Origin: Minisyncoccota bacterium
GTDB taxonomy: Bacteria > Patescibacteriota > Microgenomatia > UBA1400 > UBA12028
Reading direction: 5' to 3'
DNA length: 64,000 nt
NCBI GenBank assembly: GCA_003487265.1
Contig: DNEP01000013.1
Coordinates: forward strand, 230,706-294,705
Under the pieces are notes generated by a model. That model was not told the DNA's origin. It saw only the letters and a program-made list of their open reading frames with translations, and did no database searches. Below are positions 9,063-19,363 of the stretch, piece after piece (position 1 is the stretch's first letter; each line of letters opens with the position of its first letter). The translations under genes and the position numbers were made by a program.

Positions 9063-10143
9063 TATCTCGAATCTCCCGTTCAAATCTCTCTTCTGAATAT
9101 TTTTGCGCCATTTTTTTGATCTTTTCATGATCCCATTGTATATTTTGTGATTCTTGAATCGCGTCGATCATGCTTTGCGTTTTGAAATCGTCAACAAACA
9201 GTCCGTTTTCACCTTCAACAACCGTCTCAAGGAAACCTCCCGATCGATGCACAATGGCGGGAGTTCCATACATCATCGCCTCAATTGGGATCATGCCAAA
9301 ATCTTCATCCTCTGCGGGGTAGATCACCGCACGCGCACCTGCATATAATTTTGCAAGCTCAAGATCAGAAACCGCGCCCAGAAACGAAACAGTCTTTCCC
9401 GCGCGCGCCTTCAACTCCTCAACGCTTTCACCAATTCCAACAACCTTCAACTTCACTCGTAGTTGTGTACACGCATCGATCACAAGATTGGGATGTTTAC
9501 TGTACACCACTCGTCCCACAAAAAGATAATAATCTTCTCGTTTTTGATCCACATCCAGCGATGAAATTGGTGGATAGATCACCACACTATCGCGTCGATA
9601 AAACTTTTGAATTCTTTTTTGCACTTCTTGTGAGTTCGCAATCATCACGGTTGGATTTTGCGCGGAATAATAATCAACAATGCGTAAAAAATGATTTGCA
9701 ATCTCGCCTAACACATGCATCCACTTTTTTTCTTTCCAGTTTGATTTTGTGGTGTATCCGTACAACGAGCGCGGGGGAGTATGACAGTAACACAGGTGCA
9801 TCGCGTCTGGGCGCATACGCACCGCTTTTGCCATATACATATTTGAGGAAGAAATCACAACGTCGTAGGCAAACAAATCCAACGAACGAAAAAAATTCGA
9901 AGCGAACACGCGCAATGGCGAGAAGAGCTTTTTGATGAAGGGAATCTTGGTTGCCCAAGTTTCACGTATATCCCAAGAAGAAAAACGCGTCCAATGTTTT
10001 CCCAACGCTTGCTTGTCAACAAACGCAACGTACACGGGCGCCTCAGGAAACATTTTGTGGAGTTTTTCCAACACCCGTTCGGCTCCACCATATTCGCGGA
10101 GATAATCGTGAACTAACGCGACTTTCATGTTTGAACGATTCAT
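9043..10143 (-). CDS. GT4-family glycosyltransferase
   Basis: GT-B fold family 4 C-terminal signature (EDFGMIPIEAMMYGTPAIV...GGFLETV..G..G). Its ATG overlaps the stop of the upstream exonuclease gene (ATGA). Confidence 0.85.
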   Translation of the reverse strand: MNRSNMKVALVHDYLREYGGAERVLEKLHKMFPEAPVYVAFVDKQALGKHWTRFSSWDIRETWATKIPFIKKLFSPLRVFASNFFRSLDLFAYDVVISSSNMYMAKAVRMRPDAMHLCYCHTPPRSLYGYTTKSNWKEKKWMHVLGEIANHFLRIVDYYSAQNPTVMIANSQEVQKRIQKFYRRDSVVIYPPISSLDVDQKREDYYLFVGRVVYSKHPNLVIDACTQLRVKLKVVGIGESVEELKARAGKTVSFLGAVSDLELAKLYAGARAVIYPAEDEDFGMIPIEAMMYGTPAIVHRSGGFLETVVEGENGLFVDDFKTQSMIDAIQESQNIQWDHEKIKKMAQKYSEERFEREIRDIIQQSP

Positions 10144-11096
10144 ACAAACAGCGCCTCCTGCACTCCAAGCTCAAACGCGTCTAAAGGAAGGAGAGGTAAT
10201 AATGTGCGAAAGCCAAGCTTTTCAAACATTGAAACGGCTTTATCTTTTTCATATCCCGAAACACGACAGGCTTCCAGATCAAATTGAAGTGGAACAGCGC
10301 AATCAATCGTCGCTAACTGCTGACTTAACTTTGCTGCCTCATAATCTTCGGACAGTAACTTAACCAAGCGAGGAGTAAGAACCTTTTTCTGCTCTGCGGT
10401 GAGCGAGGTTGGAGCGGTGAGTTTTTTATAGATCTCATCGACCGTTCCAAACGCTTTTATAAGCGAAGTAGCCGTTTTTTCTCCAACTCCTTTGACCCCA
10501 GGGATATTATCAGATGCATCTCCTGCGAGCGCTTTATAATCCACAATCTCATGAGGGCCAATTCCCATACGTTCCTCAACATCTGCCGAAGAATACTCGC
10601 GCGCTTCCTCGCGATGATGCGCGGGCATGTACACCGTCGTTTTTTCATCTCGAATCAGTTGATAGGCATCACGATCACCTGTGAGAATAATCGTGCGAAC
10701 AGTATTGTATTGCTCGTTTTGTGCGATTTTTTCTGAAATTGTTCCAATCACATCGTCTGCTTCATATCCCTCAACGCCAAAAATGGGAATGTTTAACGTT
10801 TCCACAACTTCGCGCACGCGACCAAGTTGAGAGATGAGATCGGTCGGCGTTTCTTTACGTTGTGCTTTATATCCCGCAAAGCTCGCATGACGAAAGGTGG
10901 GTTTTCCCATATCGAACGCCACCGCAATATATTCAGGGTGCAAATCTTTGATCACCTTCAACAGAATACGAGAAAACCCATACACCGCATTAACCAATTC
11001 GCCTTCTGGCGTTGTAAGCGGTGGAAACGCGTGGTACGCGCGGTACACAACCGCATGACCATCAACAACAACAAAAATGTCTTTATTCGAAAGCAT
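10140..11096 (-). CDS. 5'-3' exonuclease (FEN/PolI N-terminal domain family)
   Basis: PIN-like 5'-nuclease motifs (VVVDGHAVVYRAYHA, GYEADDVIGT) and an H3TH region (ASDNIPGVKGVGEKTA). Confidence 0.85.
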   Translation of the reverse strand: MLSNKDIFVVVDGHAVVYRAYHAFPPLTTPEGELVNAVYGFSRILLKVIKDLHPEYIAVAFDMGKPTFRHASFAGYKAQRKETPTDLISQLGRVREVVETLNIPIFGVEGYEADDVIGTISEKIAQNEQYNTVRTIILTGDRDAYQLIRDEKTTVYMPAHHREEAREYSSADVEERMGIGPHEIVDYKALAGDASDNIPGVKGVGEKTATSLIKAFGTVDEIYKKLTAPTSLTAEQKKVLTPRLVKLLSEDYEAAKLSQQLATIDCAVPLQFDLEACRVSGYEKDKAVSMFEKLGFRTLLPLLPLDAFELGVQEALFV

Positions 11097-11177
11097 GCAC
11101 GCATTGTAACAGGGAAAAATTTACAATTCCATTATTCGACGTGTTATGCAATTGCTATCACGTTCAGCTCTTTCACA

Positions 11178-11507
11178 TTATGCTCTGGCTGACAATTCAA
11201 ACCATCTTCGCACAGTATCTAGGCTAACCTGAAACTCATTTGCAATTAGTTCCATCTCGCCAGTAACGCTAGGAGTAATTTTTTTTGAAGAATACGCGAC
11301 AATTTTCTTACAAAGTTCTTCAATTTTTTTACGATACATCGAATCTAATCCCATCTCATTAATTTTAGCATATTCTGGAATTTGAAAAAAAGCCTTCTTA
11401 TAACCAGAAGTTACTAAATCTTGCATGACGAGCTGTCGAACTAATTTAGATTTAGACTCGGAAGCGTCTCCATCTCGTGAAAAAAAACTTTTGTCTGGAA
11501 AAGACAT
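11178..11507 (-). CDS. Hypothetical protein
   Basis: 109-aa ORF with an ATG start and no recognizable catalytic motif. The C-terminus (SLDTVRRWFELSA) is HTH-like. Confidence 0.4.
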   Translation of the reverse strand: MSFPDKSFFSRDGDASESKSKLVRQLVMQDLVTSGYKKAFFQIPEYAKINEMGLDSMYRKKIEELCKKIVAYSSKKITPSVTGEMELIANEFQVSLDTVRRWFELSARA

Positions 11508-11605
11508 ATAGATCCTTCGTTAGCGAATACTGCTCTTAGTAAATACTTTCCCCCTGTAAAAGTCAAGAAGTTAGGCATCAAGCAAAATTCTGTTATCATA
11601 CGTAT

Positions 11606-12025
11606 ATGTCCTGGCTACTTCCCGCAATTCTCTCTGCCCTATTTGCCTCACTTGTTACGATTCTCGCAAAAATTGGAATTAAAGGAGTTGACAGTAATCT
11701 CGCAACTCTTATTCGCACCCTAGTCATTCTTCCGTTCATCTTTTTTATTGTGCTTGCACAAGGCCACCTCAAAGAAATCGGCTCACTTTCAAAAACAACC
11801 TTGATCTTTTTGGTTCTTTCTGGACTCGCGACAGGATTATCTTGGCTTTTCTACTTTCGCGCGCTACAGATCGGCGACGTTCATAAAGTTGTACCCATCG
11901 ATAAATTGAGTTTCGTGTTTTCGATTCTTTTGGGTGTGCTTGTTTTCCACGAAAAAATCAGCGCATATGGAATCTTCGGAATAGCCTTGCTCGTTTTGGG
12001 AACGCTACTTGTCGTTTTCGTTTGA
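11606..12025 (+). CDS. EamA-like small (4-TM) DMT-superfamily transporter
   Basis: 139 aa, four hydrophobic helices, EamA/DUF6-type sequence (ILAKIGIKGVDSNLATLIRTLVILPF...). Confidence 0.7.
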   Translation: MSWLLPAILSALFASLVTILAKIGIKGVDSNLATLIRTLVILPFIFFIVLAQGHLKEIGSLSKTTLIFLVLSGLATGLSWLFYFRALQIGDVHKVVPIDKLSFVFSILLGVLVFHEKISAYGIFGIALLVLGTLLVVFV

Positions 12026-12475
12026 TTTTTTTGTAGCAGAATTTTCTGTAGCAGATTGAATCATGTGATCGTTCTTTTTGTTCAACATCGCAACACTTTG
12101 TTCCAACCGATCAATGCGTTCGAATAAGCGAAACCACAAATATTCTTCTTGTCGCTTACTCATTGTGATTCCAATAATTCCAATGATCAATCCAAACATC
12201 ACCACACCACTAATCTCCAGAATTCCACCAAGAATGCGCCCCGCGGTGGTGATCGGGAAAAAATCGCCGTACCCAACGCCTGTGATTGTGGTCACCGTCC
12301 ACCACAAACTTTGCTCGAGTGTCTGGATGCGCGCGGAAGGATTGGATGACTCAACAATTAAAATCAACACAGAAATCAACAGCGATAATCCCAATAGCAT
12401 CAAAAGCGTATTTCGAAACGAGCGGTGATTAATAAGTCGATACGAAAACGTGTGATGATTACTCGCGTGATTCAT
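12005..12475 (-). CDS. Potassium channel protein (2-TM pore, KcsA-like)
   Basis: K+ selectivity-filter signature TGVGYGD, flanked by two TM helices. Confidence 0.8.
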   Translation of the reverse strand: MNHASNHHTFSYRLINHRSFRNTLLMLLGLSLLISVLILIVESSNPSARIQTLEQSLWWTVTTITGVGYGDFFPITTAGRILGGILEISGVVMFGLIIGIIGITMSKRQEEYLWFRLFERIDRLEQSVAMLNKKNDHMIQSATENSATKKSNENDK

Positions 12476-12513
12476 GTACTCATGATACCGAATTCTCGGG
12501 CGTAATGAAACAG

Positions 12514-14466
12514 TTAGTTATCGAGATCAACTCGCGACTTCTTCTGCCCCATCACTTTTTCAAACTCTTCTGCTTCAAGCGTCTCCACTTCGAGCAGTTT
12601 CTCTGCAACCGCGTCGAGTTCTTTTCGATACTGCAACAGCAGTTTTTCCGCGCTGTTTTTTGCGTGTTCGATGATCTTTGCAATTTCTTTATCAACTTTG
12701 CCCTGCATCTCTTCACTTGGCTTTTCGGGACCGTACAACACACGACTATAATCGCTCGTATCACTCTGAGGGCCAAGATTCACCGGTCCAAGCTCGGACA
12801 TGCCATAATACACAACCATTGCACGAGCAATCGAGGTTGCATGTTGAATATCACTACTTGCTCCACCTGTAAGTTCACCAAAAACCTGTTTTTCTGCGGT
12901 ACGTCCGCCAAGCAAAACAACAATTTCTTCTTCCAGTTCGGACTGCGTGCGCTGGTACTTATCCTGTTCCGGAGGAGTCATGGTAAATCCAAGCGCTTGT
13001 CCGCGGGAAACAATCGAGATGCGATGCACGGGATCGGTGTGGGGAAGGACATGCGCGAGTACCGCGTGACCGCCTTCGTGATACGCGGTCATCTTTCTTT
13101 CGAGTTCTGACTGCAATTTTTTCTTTTGAGGCCCAAGTTTCACTTTAAGTGCCGCTTCCTCAATATCTTTGGACGTAATCTCTTTTCTACTCTCGCGAGC
13201 AATGAGAATCGCAGCCTCATTCAACATATTTTCAAGATCCGCCCCACTAAATCCGACCGTTCTTCGCGCAACTCGTTGCCAGTCCACTTCTTTCGAGATT
13301 GGTTTATTTTTGTTATGGATATTCAAAATAAACTTGCGCTCTTCAAGATCTGGAAGATCGAGCGTCACCCGACGGTCAAATCGCCCAGGGCGCACAAGCG
13401 CGGGATCAAGGAGATCGCCACGGTTTGTCGCGGCTAACACAATCACCGCATCATTTGGCGTAAATCCATCCATCTCAACTAAAATTTGATTCAACGTTTG
13501 TTCTCGTTCATCGTGACCGCCCATCGACCCATATCCTCGCATACGACCAATCGCATCGATCTCATCAATAAAAATAATCGATGGAGCGGCCTTTTTTGCG
13601 GTCTCAAAAAGATCACGTGCACGCGACGCACCAACGCCAACAAGCATTTCCATAAATTCAGATCCCGCCATAGACAAGAAGGGGACATTCGCCTCACCAG
13701 CAACCGCTTTCGCGAGCATCGTTTTTCCCGTTCCACTTGGGCCGACTAACAGTACGCCTTTGGGAACACGCGCGCCAACATCTTTGTATTTTTTTGGGTT
13801 CTTCAAAAAATCAACAACTTCTTCAAGTTCCTGTTTTGCCTCTTTCAACCCACCAACGTCGGGAAATTTCACATTTTGTTTTCCCTTATTAAACAGTTTT
13901 GCTTTCGATTTTCCCATCGCAAACAAACCACCATCACCACCCATCTGCCGACGCATGATAAAGAGAAGCAAAAATCCAAGGAAAAGCATTGGCAAAATAT
14001 AATTCACAAAAAAGACAAGTATTTTCTGAAGGAACGAAGGAGTGGTGATCTGCGTTTCGACAGCAGAAAGATCAATACTCGAAGCTTGCAAAATTTCATT
14101 CAGATTTTCATTTGCTTCTTTGCGGGAGTATTTCACACTCGCATCTTTGTAGGTCAGTTTTAAGTTTTGCTCTGTCACCTCAACTTTTTGAACCTTTGCA
14201 TCGCGAATATCAGAAATAACCTGAGAAAGTGCAATAGAATCCGACGCCCTACCAGAAAAAAGACGCATGAGGTAGGGAGCGAACAGTAACAAAATCAGTC
14301 CCCATACAAACAGTTTCTCTGGGGTGAGAAAGATTTTTAACTCAAACTTCTTCGTTTTCCCGTTTTTCTTTTGAGGAATCTCTTTCGAAGAACTCTCTTT
14401 TGTGGACGTTTCTTTGTGAGATGCGTCTTTTTTGGGTTGCGTTGTGTTGTTCATTGTTTGTTCCAT
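12514..14466 (-). CDS. ftsH: ATP-dependent zinc metalloprotease FtsH
   Basis: N-terminal TM helices, AAA+ Walker A ([18 protein letters not shown]), Walker B/SRH, and the HEGGH zinc-protease motif (HEGGHAV). The track start at 14475 is TTG; the first ATG is at 14466. Confidence 0.95.
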   Translation of the reverse strand: MEQTMNNTTQPKKDASHKETSTKESSSKEIPQKKNGKTKKFELKIFLTPEKLFVWGLILLLFAPYLMRLFSGRASDSIALSQVISDIRDAKVQKVEVTEQNLKLTYKDASVKYSRKEANENLNEILQASSIDLSAVETQITTPSFLQKILVFFVNYILPMLFLGFLLLFIMRRQMGGDGGLFAMGKSKAKLFNKGKQNVKFPDVGGLKEAKQELEEVVDFLKNPKKYKDVGARVPKGVLLVGPSGTGKTMLAKAVAGEANVPFLSMAGSEFMEMLVGVGASRARDLFETAKKAAPSIIFIDEIDAIGRMRGYGSMGGHDEREQTLNQILVEMDGFTPNDAVIVLAATNRGDLLDPALVRPGRFDRRVTLDLPDLEERKFILNIHNKNKPISKEVDWQRVARRTVGFSGADLENMLNEAAILIARESRKEITSKDIEEAALKVKLGPQKKKLQSELERKMTAYHEGGHAVLAHVLPHTDPVHRISIVSRGQALGFTMTPPEQDKYQRTQSELEEEIVVLLGGRTAEKQVFGELTGGASSDIQHATSIARAMVVYYGMSELGPVNLGPQSDTSDYSRVLYGPEKPSEEMQGKVDKEIAKIIEHAKNSAEKLLLQYRKELDAVAEKLLEVETLEAEEFEKVMGQKKSRVDLDN

Positions 14467-14478
14467 AATCTGCAAAGA

Positions 14479-14874
14479 TTATCTGATTACCGTTCCATTT
14501 GCAACTGGCGTTTGTAATGGTGTTAAGGTGGGTCTTGCAGAATCATCAAGATTCCCATCGATTGTATCCGCCATCAACATCATTCCCTGACTCTCTTCGT
14601 CACCCATTTTCTTTGGTTGTAAATTAAACACAAACGGATATTGTTTTCCTATGAGATCCTCGGGTGAGTACCACGCACGAATTCCAGAAAAAAGCGTGCG
14701 TTTCCCGAGTGGACCAAAATCCACAATATATCGAATGAGTTTTTTGGACCAATCGGGCAGAGATGCCTCGATTACCGTACCTGCACGAATATCGAGTTTT
14801 GAAAATTCATCGTAAGAAATTGTTGGTTTTAAAGCCAAATCGTCCAGATTATTCATGTCTGCAGATTGTACCAT
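14479..14874 (-). CDS. tRNA-binding domain protein (CsaA/Trbp111/MetRS C-terminal-domain-like OB fold)
   Basis: Motifs LDIRAGTVIEA...KLIRYIVDFG...YSPEDLIGKQYPFVFNLQPKKMGDEESQGMML are typical of the Myf/EMAP tRNA-binding domain. Located immediately downstream of trpS. Confidence 0.75.
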   Translation of the reverse strand: MVQSADMNNLDDLALKPTISYDEFSKLDIRAGTVIEASLPDWSKKLIRYIVDFGPLGKRTLFSGIRAWYSPEDLIGKQYPFVFNLQPKKMGDEESQGMMLMADTIDGNLDDSARPTLTPLQTPVANGTVIR

Positions 14875-14881
14875 GATGCGC

Positions 14882-15859
14882 CTAGAGTGGCATCCCCATT
14901 TTTTCTTTCACCTCTTGAAGTGTTTTGGATGCAATGAGTCGGGCTCTTTGCGCACCATCCGCAATCACATCATCCACAAATGATATATTTTGTTCAACCG
15001 CGCGGTGTTTTTCTTGAATAGATTCGAGATCGTGATAAATCGCGTCTGCCACTGCATCTTTTAACTCAACAAATTTTAAGGTTCCTTTTTGAAATGCATT
15101 TCGATAATTCTCAACCTGATCTGGAAGAAAAAGTTCCGCAAAAGAAAAAAGAGACCGCAGTCCACCCGTAAGCTCGCCACCCGCAACCGTGGCCGTTGGA
15201 ATTGAGCGAATTTTCTTTGTGATTTCCTCGTGCGAATCGGTGAGATTGATATAACTTCCCTCGACCGATTTACTCATCTTCCCCTCACCACTCAAAGAGG
15301 GAACATACTCTCCTTTTGTTGCAAAGCGACGGGGTTCAGGAAAACTGGTCCCGTATTCTTGATTCATACGTCGAGCAACTTCTCTCGCAATTTCGAGGTG
15401 AGGCTCTTGATCAATTCCAACTGGAACAAGCGAAGCTTTGTAGAGCAAAATGTCCGCCGACATAAGCACAGGATAGTTCAACAACGCCATTGTGACATGC
15501 TCAGGATGTTGCTTCACTTTATCTTTGAATGTGGTGACGTGTTGCATTTTGGCAACCGTGGTAACCGTCGAAAAATAATATGACAACTCAATGTGTTCGT
15601 GAACCATTGATTGGATAAACAAGGTTGATTTTTGAGGATCAAGGCCAGCGGAAAGATAATCGATAATGATATTGCGAATCGAACCTCTCAAGGTTGTTTT
15701 TTCATACGGAGTCGTGACCGTATGCAGATCCGCAACCATATAGTACGTCTGAAAATCATCTTTATCTTGTAGTTCAAGCATGCCCTTAACCGCACCTAAA
15801 TAATTTCCCAGATGAAGTTTTCCTGTAGCACGAATTCCAGATAACACTGTTGATTTCAT
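14882..15859 (-). CDS. trpS: Tryptophan--tRNA ligase
   Basis: Class I HIGH-type motif (GKLHLGNY) and KMSKS motif; 325 aa; strong GGAGGA RBS. Confidence 0.95.
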   Translation of the reverse strand: MKSTVLSGIRATGKLHLGNYLGAVKGMLELQDKDDFQTYYMVADLHTVTTPYEKTTLRGSIRNIIIDYLSAGLDPQKSTLFIQSMVHEHIELSYYFSTVTTVAKMQHVTTFKDKVKQHPEHVTMALLNYPVLMSADILLYKASLVPVGIDQEPHLEIAREVARRMNQEYGTSFPEPRRFATKGEYVPSLSGEGKMSKSVEGSYINLTDSHEEITKKIRSIPTATVAGGELTGGLRSLFSFAELFLPDQVENYRNAFQKGTLKFVELKDAVADAIYHDLESIQEKHRAVEQNISFVDDVIADGAQRARLIASKTLQEVKEKMGMPL

Positions 15860-15921
15860 ATTCCTCCTTAGGCAAACACTAAGTATAGCAGAGGAAAGTG
15901 GGGAAACCTAGGAGAAAAAGA

Positions 15922-17121
15922 CTACTTGTTTCCCGTATTATTTCTCAATCGCAATCCAACTGGCAAAATAACAATCACAGTAAAAATTCCCATCAAACTC
16001 ATCACTGCACCTACACCAAACCGATCAGAAATTTGCCCTGCAACAAGCACGTACGCAACATACAACAATCCAATCCCCATACTCAGTGTGGATATTGCAG
16101 TCGCGCGATTTTTTGAACTAAACTCCTCGTTCGTGTACTTTCCAAGCAATACCCATCTTGCGGTGGAAAGAATCGACATAATCGCAATTGAAATAAAGGC
16201 TATCTGCATTGAAAACCAAATCGCTGGAAGTAACGCTACCACCAACAGAAGCGGAAACAACACATACACGCGTTTCCTCGAAAGCCATCCGCGCTTAATT
16301 GATTGAAACAAAACAACTCCATTCACGATTCGCATGATTGGAAAAAGAATTCCCAAGAGTTCAGGGGAATATCCTCTTGTGGCAAGATACATCGTTCCAA
16401 AAACGAGTTGCGTCGACCACGTTACCGATCCCACCAAAATATAAAAGAGAGAAATTAATCGAATGTGTTCATTTTTCCCCAATTCTTTTATACCATTTCG
16501 AATCTGAGAAAGATATGATTTAACCGTAAATTTTTCCGAATCAATCAATGGCTCCTCGAAAAACATACTCGTAATCGCAGAACAAACAAGAGCGATCGCA
16601 TACATTAGAAGTGGAATCTGTAATCCAAACTTCGAAACTGCACCACCGATGAATGTGCCAATCGCAAGTCCATATTGAAAAATCATAGAACCTTTTGAAG
16701 CAACCTTCGAAAAATCATCGCTTTTTCCCAACTCTTTCAACGAATCAAAAGTTAAGGCTTCGCGCGAACCCGAAACAAGCGCCTCACCGATACCGACAAG
16801 TATTGCCATTCCCAAAAACATCTCAAATGATCGAGAATAATAATACACAACCATACCGACAGCAGAGAAGAGAAGCCCCATCGTCGTTGAAAATCTTCGC
16901 CCAAAAATATCTGCAATCGCCCCAGTTGGAAGCTCTAACACCAACTGTGTGATCATAATTACTGCCTCAACCGTCATCATTTGTGAGAGAGAAATATATT
17001 GAAGCTCAAACGCAACCCAAACAGGAATGATAAAAATCAACGAACGAAAAAAGTCGCTGATATACAAAAGTGGTACATTTCTTTTGAGTTTTGTTCTATG
17101 GACATCATTCATTTTGTTCAT
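15922..17121 (-). CDS. MFS transporter
   Basis: 399 aa with about 12 predicted TM helices and MFS-like loop motifs (GAIADIFGRR). Confidence 0.85.
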   Translation of the reverse strand: MNKMNDVHRTKLKRNVPLLYISDFFRSLIFIIPVWVAFELQYISLSQMMTVEAVIMITQLVLELPTGAIADIFGRRFSTTMGLLFSAVGMVVYYYSRSFEMFLGMAILVGIGEALVSGSREALTFDSLKELGKSDDFSKVASKGSMIFQYGLAIGTFIGGAVSKFGLQIPLLMYAIALVCSAITSMFFEEPLIDSEKFTVKSYLSQIRNGIKELGKNEHIRLISLFYILVGSVTWSTQLVFGTMYLATRGYSPELLGILFPIMRIVNGVVLFQSIKRGWLSRKRVYVLFPLLLVVALLPAIWFSMQIAFISIAIMSILSTARWVLLGKYTNEEFSSKNRATAISTLSMGIGLLYVAYVLVAGQISDRFGVGAVMSLMGIFTVIVILPVGLRLRNNTGNK

Positions 17122-17657
17122 CCTTCACTCCACAGCGTGTGCGTGTCTTTTCCAAACCATATCCCCACCGCCAACCGCACGAGCGAGGCATACGCTTCGG
17201 GACGCGTCACCGCTCCCCCCGTCAGAACGCCAATCATGCCGCGACCTTTTTTGATATCTTTTTCTTGGATGAGTTCATCAAGCGCGGGTCCCATTTCTTC
17301 ACCAGCTTGAATTTTTTGTGCGAGCTTTTTTGGTAAGGGGAAACGCTCCCCGTTTACAAACCAAGTTTTCCCCATTCGATCGGCAACGCACACCCAAACC
17401 GAGTTGTACAACACACCATCATATATTTGAACTCCTCCCTCTAAACCAATTGCCAACTCAACATCTTTCAACTTTTCTAGCGCGTGAATAGCCCTGTTCA
17501 TCGCTCCTTTTTTTGTTTCTTTATCTGACATTGGTTGAACTGAAACACCCGAGTCCACGTCAACAGCAATCACTTCTGCGTCAGGAATAACCCGTTTCAC
17601 TCCTATTTCTGCAGCGAGTTTTTTGGTGGGATTCGTACTTCCTATTACAACTTTCAT
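17118..17657 (-). CDS. Inosine/xanthosine triphosphatase (YjjX/DUF84 family non-canonical purine NTP phosphatase)
   Basis: N-terminal VIGSTNPTK motif and DUF84-like length (179 aa). Its stop overlaps the MFS start codon. Confidence 0.7.
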   Translation of the reverse strand: MKVVIGSTNPTKKLAAEIGVKRVIPDAEVIAVDVDSGVSVQPMSDKETKKGAMNRAIHALEKLKDVELAIGLEGGVQIYDGVLYNSVWVCVADRMGKTWFVNGERFPLPKKLAQKIQAGEEMGPALDELIQEKDIKKGRGMIGVLTGGAVTRPEAYASLVRLAVGIWFGKDTHTLWSEG

Positions 17658-18719
17658 TTATGTCCTTTCATATCTCACTTCTGTTAATGGTAGCGTTGGA
17701 TCTCGATCTATCGTGTTTGGTTCTGAAAATCTTTTCAAACGAAAAGCAACACTTCCCGCAACTCCAATCATCGCTGCGTTGTCCATGGCATATCGTTTTG
17801 ACCGAGGAAAATACACGTTCATTTTTTGAGATTTTGCAAACGCACGAAGCTTTTTTCGCAACAACAGATTTGCCGACACTCCACCCCCACATATGATCGT
17901 CTTTGGATGAACAAGTCGAGTCGCATACTCCACTCGCTCCATAAGATGTAATATTGCGACACGCTGAAAAGATGCCGCGATATCCTGAATCTGCGTTTTT
18001 GATAACGGTGACTCTTGTTGTAATAACTGAATTTGCCTCGATACCGACGCTTTTAATCCAGAATAACTAAACTCACAGTTTTTTCTATCCCGAAGCGGAA
18101 TTGGAAACTCAAACGCTCGATCGTTTCCCTTTTCGGCCAACTGTGCGAGCACCGCACCACCAGGATATCCCAACCCCAACATGCGCGCGACTTTGTCAAA
18201 CGCTTCTCCAACTGCGTCATCCAAGGTTTCTCCTAACAGTTCATACACACCATTGTCTCGCATAAAATGAAGTTCGGTGTGTCCACCGGAAACCAATAAA
18301 ACTATTGCGGAAAATTGATCATGAACGAATTGAAAAGATTCTGCGGGAGAACAGAGTACCGAATACAGATGACCTTCCATGTGGTTTATCGCGATAAGTT
18401 TCTTGTCGTATTTTTTAGCTAGTTCTTTTGCGGTTTTAATGCCCACCTCTAACGCGATTGCCAATCCCGGACCAATCGTCACCGCAATTGCATCAAGCGC
18501 TTCCAGATTTACTCCCGCTTTCTCTAATGAAAGTGCTACGCATTGATCAATTCTTTCTGCATGTGCGCGTTTTGCAAGAATGGGAACAACGCCACCATAC
18601 TCAGCATGTAGTTCGTGTTGAGAAGAGATAATGTTCGACAACACGCGTGAACCGCGCACCACGGCAACAGAAGTGTCGTCGCAAGAAGTATCAATGGCCA
18701 ATAGGAGTGGTTCGCGCAT
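17658..18719 (-). CDS. tsaD: tRNA N6-adenosine threonylcarbamoyltransferase TsaD (Kae1/YgjD)
   Basis: ASKHA-fold TsaD signatures (LLLAIDTSCDDTSVAV, GPGLAIALEVG, HMEGHLY). Confidence 0.92.
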   Translation of the reverse strand: MREPLLLAIDTSCDDTSVAVVRGSRVLSNIISSQHELHAEYGGVVPILAKRAHAERIDQCVALSLEKAGVNLEALDAIAVTIGPGLAIALEVGIKTAKELAKKYDKKLIAINHMEGHLYSVLCSPAESFQFVHDQFSAIVLLVSGGHTELHFMRDNGVYELLGETLDDAVGEAFDKVARMLGLGYPGGAVLAQLAEKGNDRAFEFPIPLRDRKNCEFSYSGLKASVSRQIQLLQQESPLSKTQIQDIAASFQRVAILHLMERVEYATRLVHPKTIICGGGVSANLLLRKKLRAFAKSQKMNVYFPRSKRYAMDNAAMIGVAGSVAFRLKRFSEPNTIDRDPTLPLTEVRYERT

Positions 18720-18760
18720 GGAGAGTATTGTACTATGTCACGTCATGTTATGCTTTTGAA

Positions 18761-19363
18761 ATGAAACTAAAGAAAAGAACGATCAAAAAACTCCTAGGGT
18801 TGGTGTTTTTTCTTATCATTATGTCTTTTTTCTCTCAAGAAAAAACTTCCCCATTTTTTCACACACCTTTTCCCAGTGAAACTTCTAAGCCACAAATCGT
18901 TTTGTCATCACCTACACTCATCTCCACTTCATCTGCAAATCTGTATTCTGTTGAGCGAGTTGTTGACGGCGATACGATTCGCGTGACTGTGGATGGAAAG
19001 TCAGAATCTGTTCGAATCGTTGGAATTGATGCACCAGAAAGCGTCGCCCCCAATCAACCCATAGAATGCATGGGAAAAGAGTCATCTGCGTTTCTCACAA
19101 GTTTACTCGAAAACAAACAAGTTCAACTGGAAAAAGACGAAACACAACAGGATCGGGACAAGTACGGCCGTTTGCTTCGATTTGTTTTTTTGGAAGACAA
19201 TGTTGATGTTGGCCTACAAATGATCGAAAAAGGATTCGCCGAAGAAAAACTGTACACGACAAAACCGTACCTGTTTCGCACACAGTACCTTGAAGCGCAG
19301 AAATACGCACAGGAACAAAAACTGGGGATTTGGAGCGAGCAGTGTATCGTCACCACGAAATAA
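18761..19363 (+). CDS. Thermonuclease (SNase-like) family secreted nuclease
   Basis: SNase motifs (VVDGDTIRV, RIVGIDAPES, DRDKYGRLLRFVF) after an N-terminal signal/TM (MKLKKRTIKKLLGLVFFLIIMSFF). An internal ATG was used rather than the track start. Confidence 0.8.
   Translation: MKLKKRTIKKLLGLVFFLIIMSFFSQEKTSPFFHTPFPSETSKPQIVLSSPTLISTSSANLYSVERVVDGDTIRVTVDGKSESVRIVGIDAPESVAPNQPIECMGKESSAFLTSLLENKQVQLEKDETQQDRDKYGRLLRFVFLEDNVDVGLQMIEKGFAEEKLYTTKPYLFRTQYLEAQKYAQEQKLGIWSEQCIVTTK

Noticed and set aside
9285-9935. 216-aa plus-strand ORF inside the GT4 glycosyltransferase gene
   Set aside because: Antisense to a gene with clear GT4 motifs. The product is compositionally odd (P/Q/R-rich) with no start context.
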